Part shown: piece by piece, positions 17,705 through 26,552 of the stretch
Numbering within the stretch: position 1 is the stretch's first letter
Layout: the number at the start of each line of letters is the position of its first letter
From: a virus
Lineage: Duplodnaviria; Caudoviricetes
Length of the DNA: 51,293 nt
IMG/VR virus record: IMGVR_UViG_3300025572_000381
Coordinates: 1 to 51,293 of that record
Strand: one strand, 5' to 3'
Made by a program: the position numbers and the translations under genes
The notes under the pieces: model-generated
The model's input: the letters and a program-made list of their open reading frames with translations, nothing else
What the model was told of the DNA's origin: nothing
Databases searched by the model: none

Positions 17705-20134
17705 TTACATCTCGGCGGCGGAGTCAAGCTGCGGGCCAAGCAACGGCGTCATGCCGCCTTCCAGATCCCGCTCCTTCATGTACAGCACGACCTTGCCGAG
17801 CACCTCGAAGGCGTTCCGCACCGAGTCCTCCAGCTCCGGCAGGTCTTCTTTCCCGTACCTGTCTTCGAAGTGTTCCTGGTAGCGGTAGATCAGGAACAGC
17901 GCCCGAGCCAGCTTGTCCAGGGCCTTCATCCAGGCGCCCATGAACCGCTCGATGTGGCGCGACGGCTCCATTGTCTGCGACAGCCGCGAGAGGCTAACCG
18001 TGTCGAACAGCTCCCGTTGGCCGGTAGCGGCCGCTTGCTGGATTGCGGCCCGGACCTGGTCCTGGGGAGCCGCACCATCGTAGACCGGCGGCTCTCCGAC
18101 CGGCAGCAGCGCGTCGATCGGCTGGTTGTACTCCAGGGGCATCTCGGTCGGCACCGGCAACTGCCCCATCGGGCCGCCCATCGCCTGCTCGATCGGCATC
18201 GGCGCCAGCGAAGCGTCAGACGTCAGGAACGGCTGGGCGTACTTGACCAGGTACCGCACGTGGCCACGGGTAGCCGCCTCCTTGAGCATCTGTCGAGCGG
18301 CGGACTCGCGGAAGCCGTGATCGGCTACCAGGCTGACCAGGGCTGCCTGCTTGCTCAGCCGCACCGGACGCCCTTCGTCGCGACGGATGTAGTATTCGTT
18401 GGATGCCGGCAGAGCGGTGATCTTCAGGCTGGCAGACTTGAGCACCAGCTCCCGGTGCAGCTCGCTCAGCGACATCGGCACCAGCGGCGGCTCCTGCGAG
18501 GAGGAGCCCTCCGGCGCGGGGCCGCAGCAGCAGTCGTCCTCCTCGTCTTTGCCTGGTTGCTGCAGCGTCAGCACCTTGCAGGTATCGGGCACGAACAGCT
18601 CGCCATCGAGCGCCCGCAGCTTGCTGCCCTTGCGTGGGTTGATCCGCAGCACCGCGTCCCACGGGCTGTAGGAGGTATCGCCGAAACCTGCGATGCCGCA
18701 GCCGCCGACCCGATCCCGCGGCGGGATGTTGCGGTGGGCGTACCGGCTGTCGGGATCCTCGAAAAACCGCACGCGGTAGCGCCCCTCGGCCAGCACCTCG
18801 CGCACCTGGAACGGTACCGAGCACTCGCCGCAGGGGCCGATAATCACGTAGGTGCCGTTCTTCCGCAGGCTGTCGACGCCGCTTTGGTTGTCCAGCCAGT
18901 CACGCAGTTCGCCTCCGGCCCGCGGCTTCACCAGCACGTCGGTCGCATGCAGGTTGATCCAGCCCCGGCCCTCGCTGCCTCCTTCCGGCCGGCAGACGAC
19001 GACCATGTCCTTCCGCCCCCCGTTGGAGTAGGGAGCGTACAGCACCAGCAGCCGCTTCATCTCGCCGGGCTGCACCAGCACGTCGTAGATGCCGGTTTCG
19101 TCCGGGTGCGTCAGGGTTTCGGGATTTTCGATGCGGTAGGCGCGGCTGACCTCGCTGTCGACGCGCTGGTCGTCGATGTAGCTGCCGTCCTGCTGGACCT
19201 TCGCTTTGCCCTCGTCATCCAGCAGCGCCGCATCTTTCCGCGTGTAGACCTTGACCTTGAACCGGGGATCCAGCTGATCCGGCAACAGGTGGTCGCCCTG
19301 GCGCCGCAGCTGCAGCGGGGTATCCAAGAGATGGCCGGCTTTCTGCTGCAACACCAGCTCGCGAACGCGGCGGCCGGTCCGGGCCAGGAAGTCCTTGCCG
19401 TAGAACTTGTCGAGCGCTTCCTTGAAGACCGGGTCGGTGTAGTACCAGTCCTTGGCCGCCTTCCAGAGTCGCGGACTGCGGGAGATCTCCCCCTCGAAGT
19501 CGACGCGGAAGCCCGCAAACTTGGCCATCAACTGGTTGGGGCGAGCGTGCAGCACCTCGTAGAGCCCGGCGCTGTACGGCTCGGCCACGCCAGCGGTGGA
19601 GATGTCGTAGGCGTACTTGCCCGAGAGCGGCAGAGCCTGCAGGAACTCGATGTTGGGTTGTCGCACCCCCATCTGCTGGAGCGATTCGACAGTCCCTTCT
19701 CCCAGGCGATCGCTCTGCTTGCTGACCAGGTGGTTCACCCAGTTCTCGTCCAAAGGCACGAAAACGTCCTGCTTGGGCAGGTACAGCATTTCGTGACCTT
19801 TGAGGCGGCCGCCCAGAAAGAACACGGGAACCTGCAGCCACAGGTCACCGATTTTGAAAGCGAAGACTCCGACCGCCTTGGAGTTATCGTCGTCACGATC
19901 GACGATCTGGAACCCCTTGATGTGGTCCACCAATTGGGGAGCGCGGTCCTTGATGTAACCGAAGGCGATGCTGGCGAACGCCTGCTCGAACGGTTTTTCG
20001 GGCTCACCACCCAAGGTGGCTCGCTTGACTCGAGGCAGACGTTCGACCAGCTGGGCCAGACTCTTACGAAGTGGCGAACGAGACGTCAGCGTGGGCATCA
20101 GTAGTCCCGGATGACAGATGGGGAGCTCTGCCAT
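17705..20134 (-). CDS. Large hypothetical protein (809 aa), KxA-rich, probable virion protein
   Basis: KRAT, KYAY, KFAG, KSAS, KQAA, KEAA and KYAQ motifs, several at apparent domain boundaries. Confidence 0.9.
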   Translation of the reverse strand: MAELPICHPGLLMPTLTSRSPLRKSLAQLVERLPRVKRATLGGEPEKPFEQAFASIAFGYIKDRAPQLVDHIKGFQIVDRDDDNSKAVGVFAFKIGDLWLQVPVFFLGGRLKGHEMLYLPKQDVFVPLDENWVNHLVSKQSDRLGEGTVESLQQMGVRQPNIEFLQALPLSGKYAYDISTAGVAEPYSAGLYEVLHARPNQLMAKFAGFRVDFEGEISRSPRLWKAAKDWYYTDPVFKEALDKFYGKDFLARTGRRVRELVLQQKAGHLLDTPLQLRRQGDHLLPDQLDPRFKVKVYTRKDAALLDDEGKAKVQQDGSYIDDQRVDSEVSRAYRIENPETLTHPDETGIYDVLVQPGEMKRLLVLYAPYSNGGRKDMVVVCRPEGGSEGRGWINLHATDVLVKPRAGGELRDWLDNQSGVDSLRKNGTYVIIGPCGECSVPFQVREVLAEGRYRVRFFEDPDSRYAHRNIPPRDRVGGCGIAGFGDTSYSPWDAVLRINPRKGSKLRALDGELFVPDTCKVLTLQQPGKDEEDDCCCGPAPEGSSSQEPPLVPMSLSELHRELVLKSASLKITALPASNEYYIRRDEGRPVRLSKQAALVSLVADHGFRESAARQMLKEAATRGHVRYLVKYAQPFLTSDASLAPMPIEQAMGGPMGQLPVPTEMPLEYNQPIDALLPVGEPPVYDGAAPQDQVRAAIQQAAATGQRELFDTVSLSRLSQTMEPSRHIERFMGAWMKALDKLARALFLIYRYQEHFEDRYGKEDLPELEDSVRNAFEVLGKVVLYMKERDLEGGMTPLLGPQLDSAAEM

Positions 20135-20162
20135 CCATTATGGAAACGCCCTCTGGCGCTAC

Positions 20163-20420
20163 CTAGAGCGAGTGGAGGCGACGCGCCAGCTCCACGCAAT
20201 TCCGCATCCTGTCGGTAATCTTCTGCCGAGCGTCCGGCGGTAGATCCGGGTAGACGCGAGAGAGCTCCCGGTGAACCATGCCCGCGAACCGGTCGGTCGT
20301 ATCCAGCCCCAGCTCCGCCCCGAGCAGCGCCAGCTCCACGCAGCCCGACCAGTACATGCTCAGGCGCTCTCCCGGGCTCATCGGCCCCGGGGAGACCACA
20401 ACCACGGAAACTACTTGCAC
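20163..20420 (-). CDS. Small hypothetical protein (85 aa)
   Basis: AAGGGAGG then GTG 20420. The track start would include the terminator. Confidence 0.55.
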   Translation of the reverse strand: MQVVSVVVVSPGPMSPGERLSMYWSGCVELALLGAELGLDTTDRFAGMVHRELSRVYPDLPPDARQKITDRMRNCVELARRLHSL

Positions 20421-20433
20421 AAAGCCCTCCCTT

Positions 20434-20470
20434 AAAAGAGCGGGGCCGCCGGGAAACCCGACGACCCCGC
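20434..20470 (-). terminator. Rho-independent terminator
   Basis: GCGGGGTCGTCGGG-TTTC-CCGGCGGCCCCGC-TCTTTT on the minus strand. Confidence 0.75.
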
Positions 20471-20496
20471 ATTTCCAGAAATGCAACGTCTGCGGA

Positions 20497-20760
20497 CTAC
20501 AGCCCGCTCCAACGTTTGAGAATCACTGGGACCGGCTCGCACCGCGGCGACAGCTGCAGCGGCCGCTTATGCATTGGCGGCGGCTGCTGCTGCAACTTCC
20601 GCAGACGCTGCTCCCGCAGCTCCTGCTTGGCCTGCTCGATCTCGAGCCTCGTAGGTACGTATGCCGGAGGGGATGGTCCCGAGTGGAACTCCGCCCTCCA
20701 GGCGATGATGTCCTCCAAAGTCATTCCGTCGAAGTCTTGGCTAAGTTGACGACTGTCCAA
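20497..20760 (-). CDS. Small hypothetical protein
   Basis: GGAG RBS; overlaps the end of the HD gene. Confidence 0.55.
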   Translation of the reverse strand: MDSRQLSQDFDGMTLEDIIAWRAEFHSGPSPPAYVPTRLEIEQAKQELREQRLRKLQQQPPPMHKRPLQLSPRCEPVPVILKRWSGL

Positions 20761-21313
20761 CGGTCAACTCCCGGTAGCGCTCGAGAAAAGCATCCCGAGC
20801 TTCGGTTTCCGACCACGAAACGATAGTTACGTCCGGTAGCTGCTCAGGAAGGTCCAGGCCCCACGGCCGAGGAGCTTCCTCCAAGAGCTGCTCCTTTTCC
20901 AGCGCGTACATGGTGAGGTCCGCGAGCTTCACTGCACGCGCGACCTCGGGGTCGTCCAGCTGGCAAGGACCTAACCCCAGGCCCCGCCAGATACCGCGCA
21001 TCACCCGACCCTCCAAATCGCGGATGCGCTTCGCCCCCAGCAATCGCTTGACCGGGGTGATAATGTCGCCGAGATACGCCTCGCTTGCGTCGTGCAAAAG
21101 CGCCGCCAAAGGGTACGGGCAGATCAGGCTGGCCAACACGCTGTGTTGAGCCACGCTGTAGACCTCCCGGGTATGTCCGTTGTAGCGGGGCTGCCGAGAC
21201 AGTGACACGGCGATGTCGACCAGATCGATCTGGTCAGGATGGGGGTCGGGCAGGTCTACTGCCCGTCCAGAAAACGTTTGGGTCCAGCTGACCCGCTCAA
21301 TCGTCGTAGGCAC
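20741..21313 (-). CDS. HD-domain phosphohydrolase (YfdR/5'-deoxynucleotidase-like)
   Basis: QTFSG..D..DIAVSLS..RYNGH..YSVAQHS..ALLHDASEAYLGDI..PVK..VKLAD. Start placed at GTG 21313. Confidence 0.9.
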   Translation of the reverse strand: MPTTIERVSWTQTFSGRAVDLPDPHPDQIDLVDIAVSLSRQPRYNGHTREVYSVAQHSVLASLICPYPLAALLHDASEAYLGDIITPVKRLLGAKRIRDLEGRVMRGIWRGLGLGPCQLDDPEVARAVKLADLTMYALEKEQLLEEAPRPWGLDLPEQLPDVTIVSWSETEARDAFLERYRELTVGQSST

Positions 21314-21340
21314 GAAATCCTTCCCCTGCCTGATGCGAAA

Positions 21341-22480
21341 ATGAAACGTACCGACCGGCGGCAGCCTGCGACTCCCCGGAGCAGGAAGAAGCATGCCGCA
21401 CGTCTGCTTGCCCACGCGCGTATCGTGTCCGAGGCGGGAATCGCGTGGGACTTCCCCGCCCGCTCACACTGGTTTTCCGGGTCGGCCTACACAGGCACTG
21501 TGACGCTCGGCAAGCAGAGCTACGCCCCGGCAGAATGGGGCGACCCGGCCAAACGCAACCAGCTCGACGACCTGGTCTACGACTGGATGCAGATGACCCG
21601 CGGGCGCGGCTGCATCGCCCACAAGTCCGCGCTGGACTACTGGGGACTGCTAGACGAGCCTCCCGCTCTCCCGTACTTCACTCTTCCTCCCATCGGAGAG
21701 CCGCGGAAAAACAAGTTCGCGGCGGTTCGCACCAAGTGCTGCTGGCTCACCAGCCGCGAACCGCTGAAGTACGCCACCAGGGTGAACCACCGCGGCGTTC
21801 TCGTCTACATCGAACACCCGCTGCGGGTCGTCTCCCGTATCGTCACCCGCAAGTACTTGCGCGTGAGCGCTCCCTGGGGCAAGCAGATCGAGAGCACCTG
21901 GGACCTACTGAGCGTCGTCCCTGATGCGATCCGCAAAGGATACTTTACCTGGGACGAACTCTATACCGTGCTCCGGATGAACCGCGTCGACATGTGCCTG
22001 CTCCGCAAGCTCTGCGCGTGGTTCAGAACGCAGAAGCCCCCTGAGCTTTTCGCCGTGCAGGGAACAGATCGGCATTGCACGCCGGCTCCCAGTAGTGGTG
22101 CTTCAGCGGGCATAGCCTACACGCGTGTCGACTCCGGACTTCCCGAACCTGTACGTCGTTCGCCCCGCGGTAATAGCTCGCGATGTCCTCGACATGCCGC
22201 CGTGAGACAAACCACTCCTTGTCGTGGCGCAGCACTTGGATCCGCTTACCGCGTACGGGAGCCGCTAACTCTGCCAAGTTGGGGGCTGGAATGGCTGAGT
22301 AAATCACCACGTTCTCAATCAGGTCGGGAAAAGCCCCCAGCACGTGCTGCACGGCCACCCCGCCGTCGGAAAAACCAGCCAGCGTCACCTCCGCCGGAGG
22401 TCGTCCCAATCGCCGGATTAGTGACCCCAGCGTGTCCACCCGCTCCTCCACCTCCGCCTCAGGCAGCCGGAACAGGTTGA
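21341..22480 (+). CDS. AbiEi-antitoxin-like protein (type IV TA antitoxin/transcription regulator-like), C-terminus uncertain
   Basis: GCIAHKSALDYWGLLDEPP..YFTLP and GVLVYIEHPLRVV resemble AbiEi motifs. It occupies an otherwise empty gap. The last about 150 codons are low-complexity and antisense to the hydrolase gene. Confidence 0.55.
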   Translation: MKRTDRRQPATPRSRKKHAARLLAHARIVSEAGIAWDFPARSHWFSGSAYTGTVTLGKQSYAPAEWGDPAKRNQLDDLVYDWMQMTRGRGCIAHKSALDYWGLLDEPPALPYFTLPPIGEPRKNKFAAVRTKCCWLTSREPLKYATRVNHRGVLVYIEHPLRVVSRIVTRKYLRVSAPWGKQIESTWDLLSVVPDAIRKGYFTWDELYTVLRMNRVDMCLLRKLCAWFRTQKPPELFAVQGTDRHCTPAPSSGASAGIAYTRVDSGLPEPVRRSPRGNSSRCPRHAAVRQTTPCRGAALGSAYRVREPLTLPSWGLEWLSKSPRSQSGREKPPARAARPPRRRKNQPASPPPEVVPIAGLVTPACPPAPPPPPQAAGTG

Positions 22481-22715
22481 ACGGGTTCAAACTGCGCGTC
22501 CAGGTCCGCTGGGGCGGTTCCACCAGCATGACCTGAAAGCCGGCTTCGCGTCCGTACGGTATCAGCTGCGACGTCCTGGGGAAGTGCAGGTAGTCCCAGC
22601 TGGAAGTCAGGCCCATCGCGAACCCGGTCAGCCCCACGATTAGCGGCTCCTGGCCGGTGCGAGGCATCATGTGCAGGTACCTTAGCCGGCCGTGCTGTCC
22701 TTGGACCAATTTCAC
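22023..22715 (-). CDS. Alpha/beta-hydrolase (esterase-like)
   Basis: GGAGG then GTG 22715. Nucleophile elbow LAGFSDGG, acidic HDKE segment and C-terminal His (HHYW). Confidence 0.8.
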   Translation of the reverse strand: MKLVQGQHGRLRYLHMMPRTGQEPLIVGLTGFAMGLTSSWDYLHFPRTSQLIPYGREAGFQVMLVEPPQRTWTRSLNPFNLFRLPEAEVEERVDTLGSLIRRLGRPPAEVTLAGFSDGGVAVQHVLGAFPDLIENVVIYSAIPAPNLAELAAPVRGKRIQVLRHDKEWFVSRRHVEDIASYYRGANDVQVREVRSRHACRLCPLKHHYWEPACNADLFPARRKAQGASAF

Positions 22716-22737
22716 GGCTCTCCTCCATGTTTCTCGA

Positions 22738-22941
22738 TCAGTCCGGCCGGGCCAGACGCAGCTCCCACGGCTCGCCCGGCGCAGGCCCAAGTAAGACATC
22801 AGTCAGTTCCGTGAACTCGTGCAGCCGCAGCTCGTCTGCGGCCTGCTGCAGCACGCCGGCTCGAAACTGGTTGTCGCAGGCGCGCAGGGAGTCCGTGAGA
22901 AGTCCTTGCAGCTCCTGGTGGAGCCCTCGATCACACAACAT
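22738..22941 (-). CDS. Small hypothetical protein
   Basis: AGGAGG RBS before ATG. Confidence 0.55.
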   Translation of the reverse strand: MLCDRGLHQELQGLLTDSLRACDNQFRAGVLQQAADELRLHEFTELTDVLLGPAPGEPWELRLARPD

Positions 22942-23067
22942 GCTCTCCTCCTGGGATCAGAAACCGGGGGTGGGTGGCAGGATTATCACACCTTGGTTCC
23001 CCCGATCCGGGTGGTAGTGATGGAAGTCTTCGTAGTTCACCGTTCTGTCAGACCTACTCGAACCTGC

Positions 23068-24261
23068 CTAAGCAGGCTCGAAGCTGACTTCCTGCTTCGT
23101 CGGGGCCGGTTTCACCGCGCTCGCAAGAGCGCGGCCAGAGCCTTCCCCTCCACAGGCCGACACGGCGGAACTCGCCGCGTATGTGGCAAGGTTTCTTGCC
23201 GCATTCAAATCCCGGTCGTGGCTTGCGCCACAGTCCGGGCAAATCCACTGCCGCACGGATAGCGGCATGTCCTGCTGGATCGAGCCGCAGGCCGAGCAGG
23301 TCTTGCTGCTCGGAAAGAAGCGGTCGGCGACCACCACTTGTCCGCCGCGCATCGCCGCCTTGTACTCCAGTTGCCGCCTGAACTCGAAGAAGCCCATGTC
23401 GGCAATAGAGCGCGCCAGATGGCGGCTCCTCATCATGCCGCGCACGTTCAGGTTCTCAATGCCGATGGTGTGGAATCGGCGCGTGAGGTCGGTCGTGAGC
23501 TTGTGCATGGCATCGGCCCGAATGTTGGCGATGCGAGCGTGAAGCCGCGCCAGCTTCGCCTTGGCCTTCTGGCGGTTGCGGGAGCCTCTCTGCTTGCGCG
23601 ACAGGCTTCGTGAGAGCCTGCGCAGGCGGTCCAGCAATGCCTTGTGTGGCTTGGGGCCGGTAATGATCTCTCCCGTAGAGAGCGTTGCCAATGCCGAAAC
23701 ACCCAGGTCCACGCCCACAATGCCTTGGTTTTCGGCCTTGCGTTTGGGTGGATCTTCGGTGTCCACGGTGATGCTGACAAACCAACGGTCGGCCACACGG
23801 GAGATGGTGGCCGACAAGATCTTGCCAGCGAAGCGCAACGACTCCCGCATACGCACCCAGCCCAGGTGGGGGATGCGGATGCGGGAACCTTCGACGCTAA
23901 ATTGGTCGTTGGTGAGGGTGAATCGGTCGTGAACGCCTTTCTTGCGGAACTTCGGGTACTTGGCGCGGCCAGCGAAGAAGTTCTTGAAGGCATCGCCCAA
24001 CTGGATGATGGCCATCTGCGGGGCGCACTTGGTGACTTCGAGCATCCAAGGGAACTGCTCGCGCTTGATGGCGTTCAACTGGCGACGCAGCGCGGCCTCG
24101 GTCGGCTTGGGCTGACTGGGGTCTGCCTTCCACGCCTCGTATTGCCGCCGCCACTCGGCCAGCGCCCAGTTGTAGGCGAAGCGGGCCACACCTGCGGCCT
24201 TGGCAAAGTAGGTGGCCTGCACGTTGTTGGGGTCGAGCGCGATCTTGTGGGCGACGATCAT
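23068..24261 (-). CDS. tnpB: RNA-guided endonuclease TnpB (IS607-type)
   Basis: HKIALDPN..ARFAYNWAL N-terminus; RuvC motifs GVDLGV, IENLNV and DRDLNAA; Zn finger CSAC/CPDC. Confidence 0.97.
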   Translation of the reverse strand: MIVAHKIALDPNNVQATYFAKAAGVARFAYNWALAEWRRQYEAWKADPSQPKPTEAALRRQLNAIKREQFPWMLEVTKCAPQMAIIQLGDAFKNFFAGRAKYPKFRKKGVHDRFTLTNDQFSVEGSRIRIPHLGWVRMRESLRFAGKILSATISRVADRWFVSITVDTEDPPKRKAENQGIVGVDLGVSALATLSTGEIITGPKPHKALLDRLRRLSRSLSRKQRGSRNRQKAKAKLARLHARIANIRADAMHKLTTDLTRRFHTIGIENLNVRGMMRSRHLARSIADMGFFEFRRQLEYKAAMRGGQVVVADRFFPSSKTCSACGSIQQDMPLSVRQWICPDCGASHDRDLNAARNLATYAASSAVSACGGEGSGRALASAVKPAPTKQEVSFEPA

Positions 24262-24305
24262 GCTTGCGCCTCTTCTACGGCCTTCTTCACGCCGTCTAAC
24301 AGCTT
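24258..24305 (-). pseudogene. tnpA: C-terminal remnant of IS607 serine transposase
   Basis: Reads KLLDGVKKAVEEAQA* with an ATGA overlap into tnpB, like the C-termini of IS607 TnpA. The rest of the gene is absent. Confidence 0.6.
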
Positions 24306-24387
24306 CGTTATGGGCAGGCTGCGAGCGAACTGCTCAAACCCCCTTGGGCAGCTCAGCCGGCGGGATATACCAGATGCCGCCTCCTTG

Positions 24388-25923
24388 TTACTTGGCTCCG
24401 GGGTGAGCCGGGTAGATGCCCAGCCGACGCATCATGGCCTCGCGCTGCGGAGCCGACTGCTCCCACTCGCGGGCGGCACGGCGGTTCCGCATGTATTGCT
24501 TGACCAGGTCCGTCAGGGCCGCCCCCGTCTCCAGGACGCCGGGTATGAGGCCCTCCATGGACGCGAGCCCCGCCTGGATATACCCGCCGACTCCGCCGCC
24601 GTAGCTCTGGGGCGTCGTAGCCGTGGTATACTCCCGGCGGAACTTGGGGTTGCTCAAGTACCGAGCCCCCTGCAGAGCTTCGTATCCCAAAACCGCATAC
24701 GGCGCAGACCGCGCTGCTAACCGCAGCGCTCCGGGGCCGAGCGGAGCTAGCCCCTTACCGGTAGCACCCACGACATTGGACACGGCACCGGTCGCTCTGG
24801 CGACCGGCTTGGGGGTGTGGCTAGCCACCCAGCGAGCGGTATCCTTGGCACGCTGGGTGGCCGTTCCGGCGACGTCCGCCAACGGACGCCCCACATGCTT
24901 GCGGGTCCACTGCGCGAGGCGTGTATTGCTCGCCCAGTCCGCAGCGCGCCCAGCACCGGTACGCAAGCCGCTTCCCGTGCGCCGCAGGATCTCCAGCGGT
25001 GCCGCGCCCGGGTTCGCGGGGTGCATCATCATCCGAGTCAGCGGCGAGGCGTTCGCAAGGCGACGAGCCTCTGCGTAGTAGGCGGCGTCGTCGGCCAGGT
25101 CCCAACCGCTAAACAGGGCGAACTCGTCAGGGGTCGCGTCGGGGCCAAGCAGGTTCCCTCCCTGAAGCAACTTGCGCGTGATATAGCCCCACCCCTGATG
25201 GGCGGCGCGCAAGGTGTCCACGGGGGTCGGCGACAGCGGAACGGCCTTCACATCAGTAATGCGTAGGTCGGAACCGCCGCCTCCCGCCCCCAGCCCAGAC
25301 GGACGCGGGGCCGGCGCCTGAGGCAGGTTCACATACGACGGCAGCGTCTGCCCGGCAGGGGTCGGCGTCTCGCGGTGCAGCACCGCCTTCTGCGGCGGAA
25401 CGACCTTCACATCAGCAATGCGCCGGGCGGAACCGCCGGCTCCCGCCCTCAGCCCAGACGGACGCGGGGCGGGCGGCTTGGGCACCGCCGCGGACAACTC
25501 CGGCGGCGGGGCCGGCGCCGGTGGGTAGTACCGACCCGTCGACGGCTGAGCCATTAGCTCAGGGGGAGGAGCCGGTGGTGGCGGCATGAGCCGGTCGGCC
25601 CCCGCCTTGGGCATCGGCGGAGCCGGCGGCTTCGGCGGTTCGGGAGGTGCTGGCGGCTTGGGCGGCTCCGGCGGCTTGGGTGCGGAGCCGAACGACGGCA
25701 TCCGGAACCCAAACGCCTGCTGCACCAGGTCCTGGTTCAGCGCGGAGAGCCCGATCATTGTGCCCCAGAAGGGCCGGCCTTGCAGCAGCGACCCCAAGGC
25801 GTGGCCCAGCACCGGGTTGGTGAAAAGCACCTTCCCGAAGTTGCTGAACCCGTAGTTAGGGTCGTTAGCCTGTCGTGCGGCGGGCACCGCGGTCCCGCCC
25901 AGCATCCCAGCGGCAAAATTCAC
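24388..25923 (-). CDS. Pro-rich low-complexity protein with internal repeats (511 aa)
   Basis: 4-bp overlap with the NUDIX gene. Contains PKPPEPPKPPAPP repeats and a duplicated APRPSGLxAGxGGS..I.DVK.VP unit. Confidence 0.75.
   Translation of the reverse strand: MNFAAGMLGGTAVPAARQANDPNYGFSNFGKVLFTNPVLGHALGSLLQGRPFWGTMIGLSALNQDLVQQAFGFRMPSFGSAPKPPEPPKPPAPPEPPKPPAPPMPKAGADRLMPPPPAPPPELMAQPSTGRYYPPAPAPPPELSAAVPKPPAPRPSGLRAGAGGSARRIADVKVVPPQKAVLHRETPTPAGQTLPSYVNLPQAPAPRPSGLGAGGGGSDLRITDVKAVPLSPTPVDTLRAAHQGWGYITRKLLQGGNLLGPDATPDEFALFSGWDLADDAAYYAEARRLANASPLTRMMMHPANPGAAPLEILRRTGSGLRTGAGRAADWASNTRLAQWTRKHVGRPLADVAGTATQRAKDTARWVASHTPKPVARATGAVSNVVGATGKGLAPLGPGALRLAARSAPYAVLGYEALQGARYLSNPKFRREYTTATTPQSYGGGVGGYIQAGLASMEGLIPGVLETGAALTDLVKQYMRNRRAAREWEQSAPQREAMMRRLGIYPAHPGAK
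25245..25470. repeat. Imperfect 67-bp direct repeat (25245-25311 and 25404-25470)
   Basis: ccttcacatcag(t/c)aatgcg...cagcccagacggacgcggggc occurs twice, offset 159 bp (in frame). Confidence 0.9.
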
Positions 25924-26552
25924 TTCGCACTCCGTGCCAGCGCATCCAGGCAGAACTGGCTCCAGGATTCAAACTTGTCGCGGCGTTCCAGCAGCCACGA
26001 CACTGGCTGGAACCCGCACTCGGTGTCGGGGTCTTCCTTGAGTGTCACCCGCGGCTCGCTGAGCCGATAGCGGTGCACGATACCCAGGTGGACCCGGCCA
26101 ACCTCCGTGGTGTCGTCGTTGAGCAGCCCCAGCAACGACGTGAACACGACGTCCGCGTCGATCTCGATCTCCTCGGCCAGCTCCCGCTTCAGTCCCTCGT
26201 GGTACGGGTTGGTGCCGGGCTTCAGTCCGTCGTCGCTGCAGATGTGCCCGCCGACCCCGATGCTCCACTTGCCGTGCAGGCGCTCCTCGCCCTGCCACTC
26301 CCGGCGAACGTAGTAGAACACCCGCATCTTTTCCCGCTCGCCATGCACCAGCACGACGTAGGGGATCAGCTGCTTCCAGCTGGGGTCATTCTCGGCCTCC
26401 GAGCGGGGCAGGTAGGCGAACTTGCCGCCCTGGATCAGGCCTTCCCAGTACGGCCGGTAGTTGTCCGTGAAACCCTGGAAGTATCCCAGCGCGTGCAGGC
26501 GGCTCGTGGGTACAACCAGCACCTTTTCCTCGGCGACTTCAACTAGTGCCAT
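25920..26552 (-). CDS. NUDIX-family phosphoesterase (COG4112/YmaB-like)
   Basis: AENDPSWKQLIPY, RLHGKWSIGVGGHI, GLKRELAEE, GRVHLG and ESWSQ motifs. Confidence 0.9.
   Translation of the reverse strand: MALVEVAEEKVLVVPTSRLHALGYFQGFTDNYRPYWEGLIQGGKFAYLPRSEAENDPSWKQLIPYVVLVHGEREKMRVFYYVRREWQGEERLHGKWSIGVGGHICSDDGLKPGTNPYHEGLKRELAEEIEIDADVVFTSLLGLLNDDTTEVGRVHLGIVHRYRLSEPRVTLKEDPDTECGFQPVSWLLERRDKFESWSQFCLDALARSAK

Larger units (their letters stand above)
23040..24371 (-). mobile_element. Non-autonomous IS607-family element (tnpA-deleted, tnpB intact)
   Basis: The right end ...GACAGAACGG is at 23040. The left end GG|TATATCCCG is inferred at about 24371. Short GAG(C/T)-type direct repeats occur near both ends, and a tnpA C-terminal remnant overlaps the tnpB start. 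Confidence 0.7.

Noticed and set aside
17870-20104. Long plus-strand ORFs (this 744-aa one and others such as 11308-12420, 30876-32183, 37231-38526)
   Set aside because: Antisense shadows of real minus-strand genes, expected at high GC3; no motifs.
23040-24371. IStron (group I intron fused to IS607)
   Set aside because: Only about 65 nt lie between the inferred left end and the tnpA remnant, too short for a group I core.
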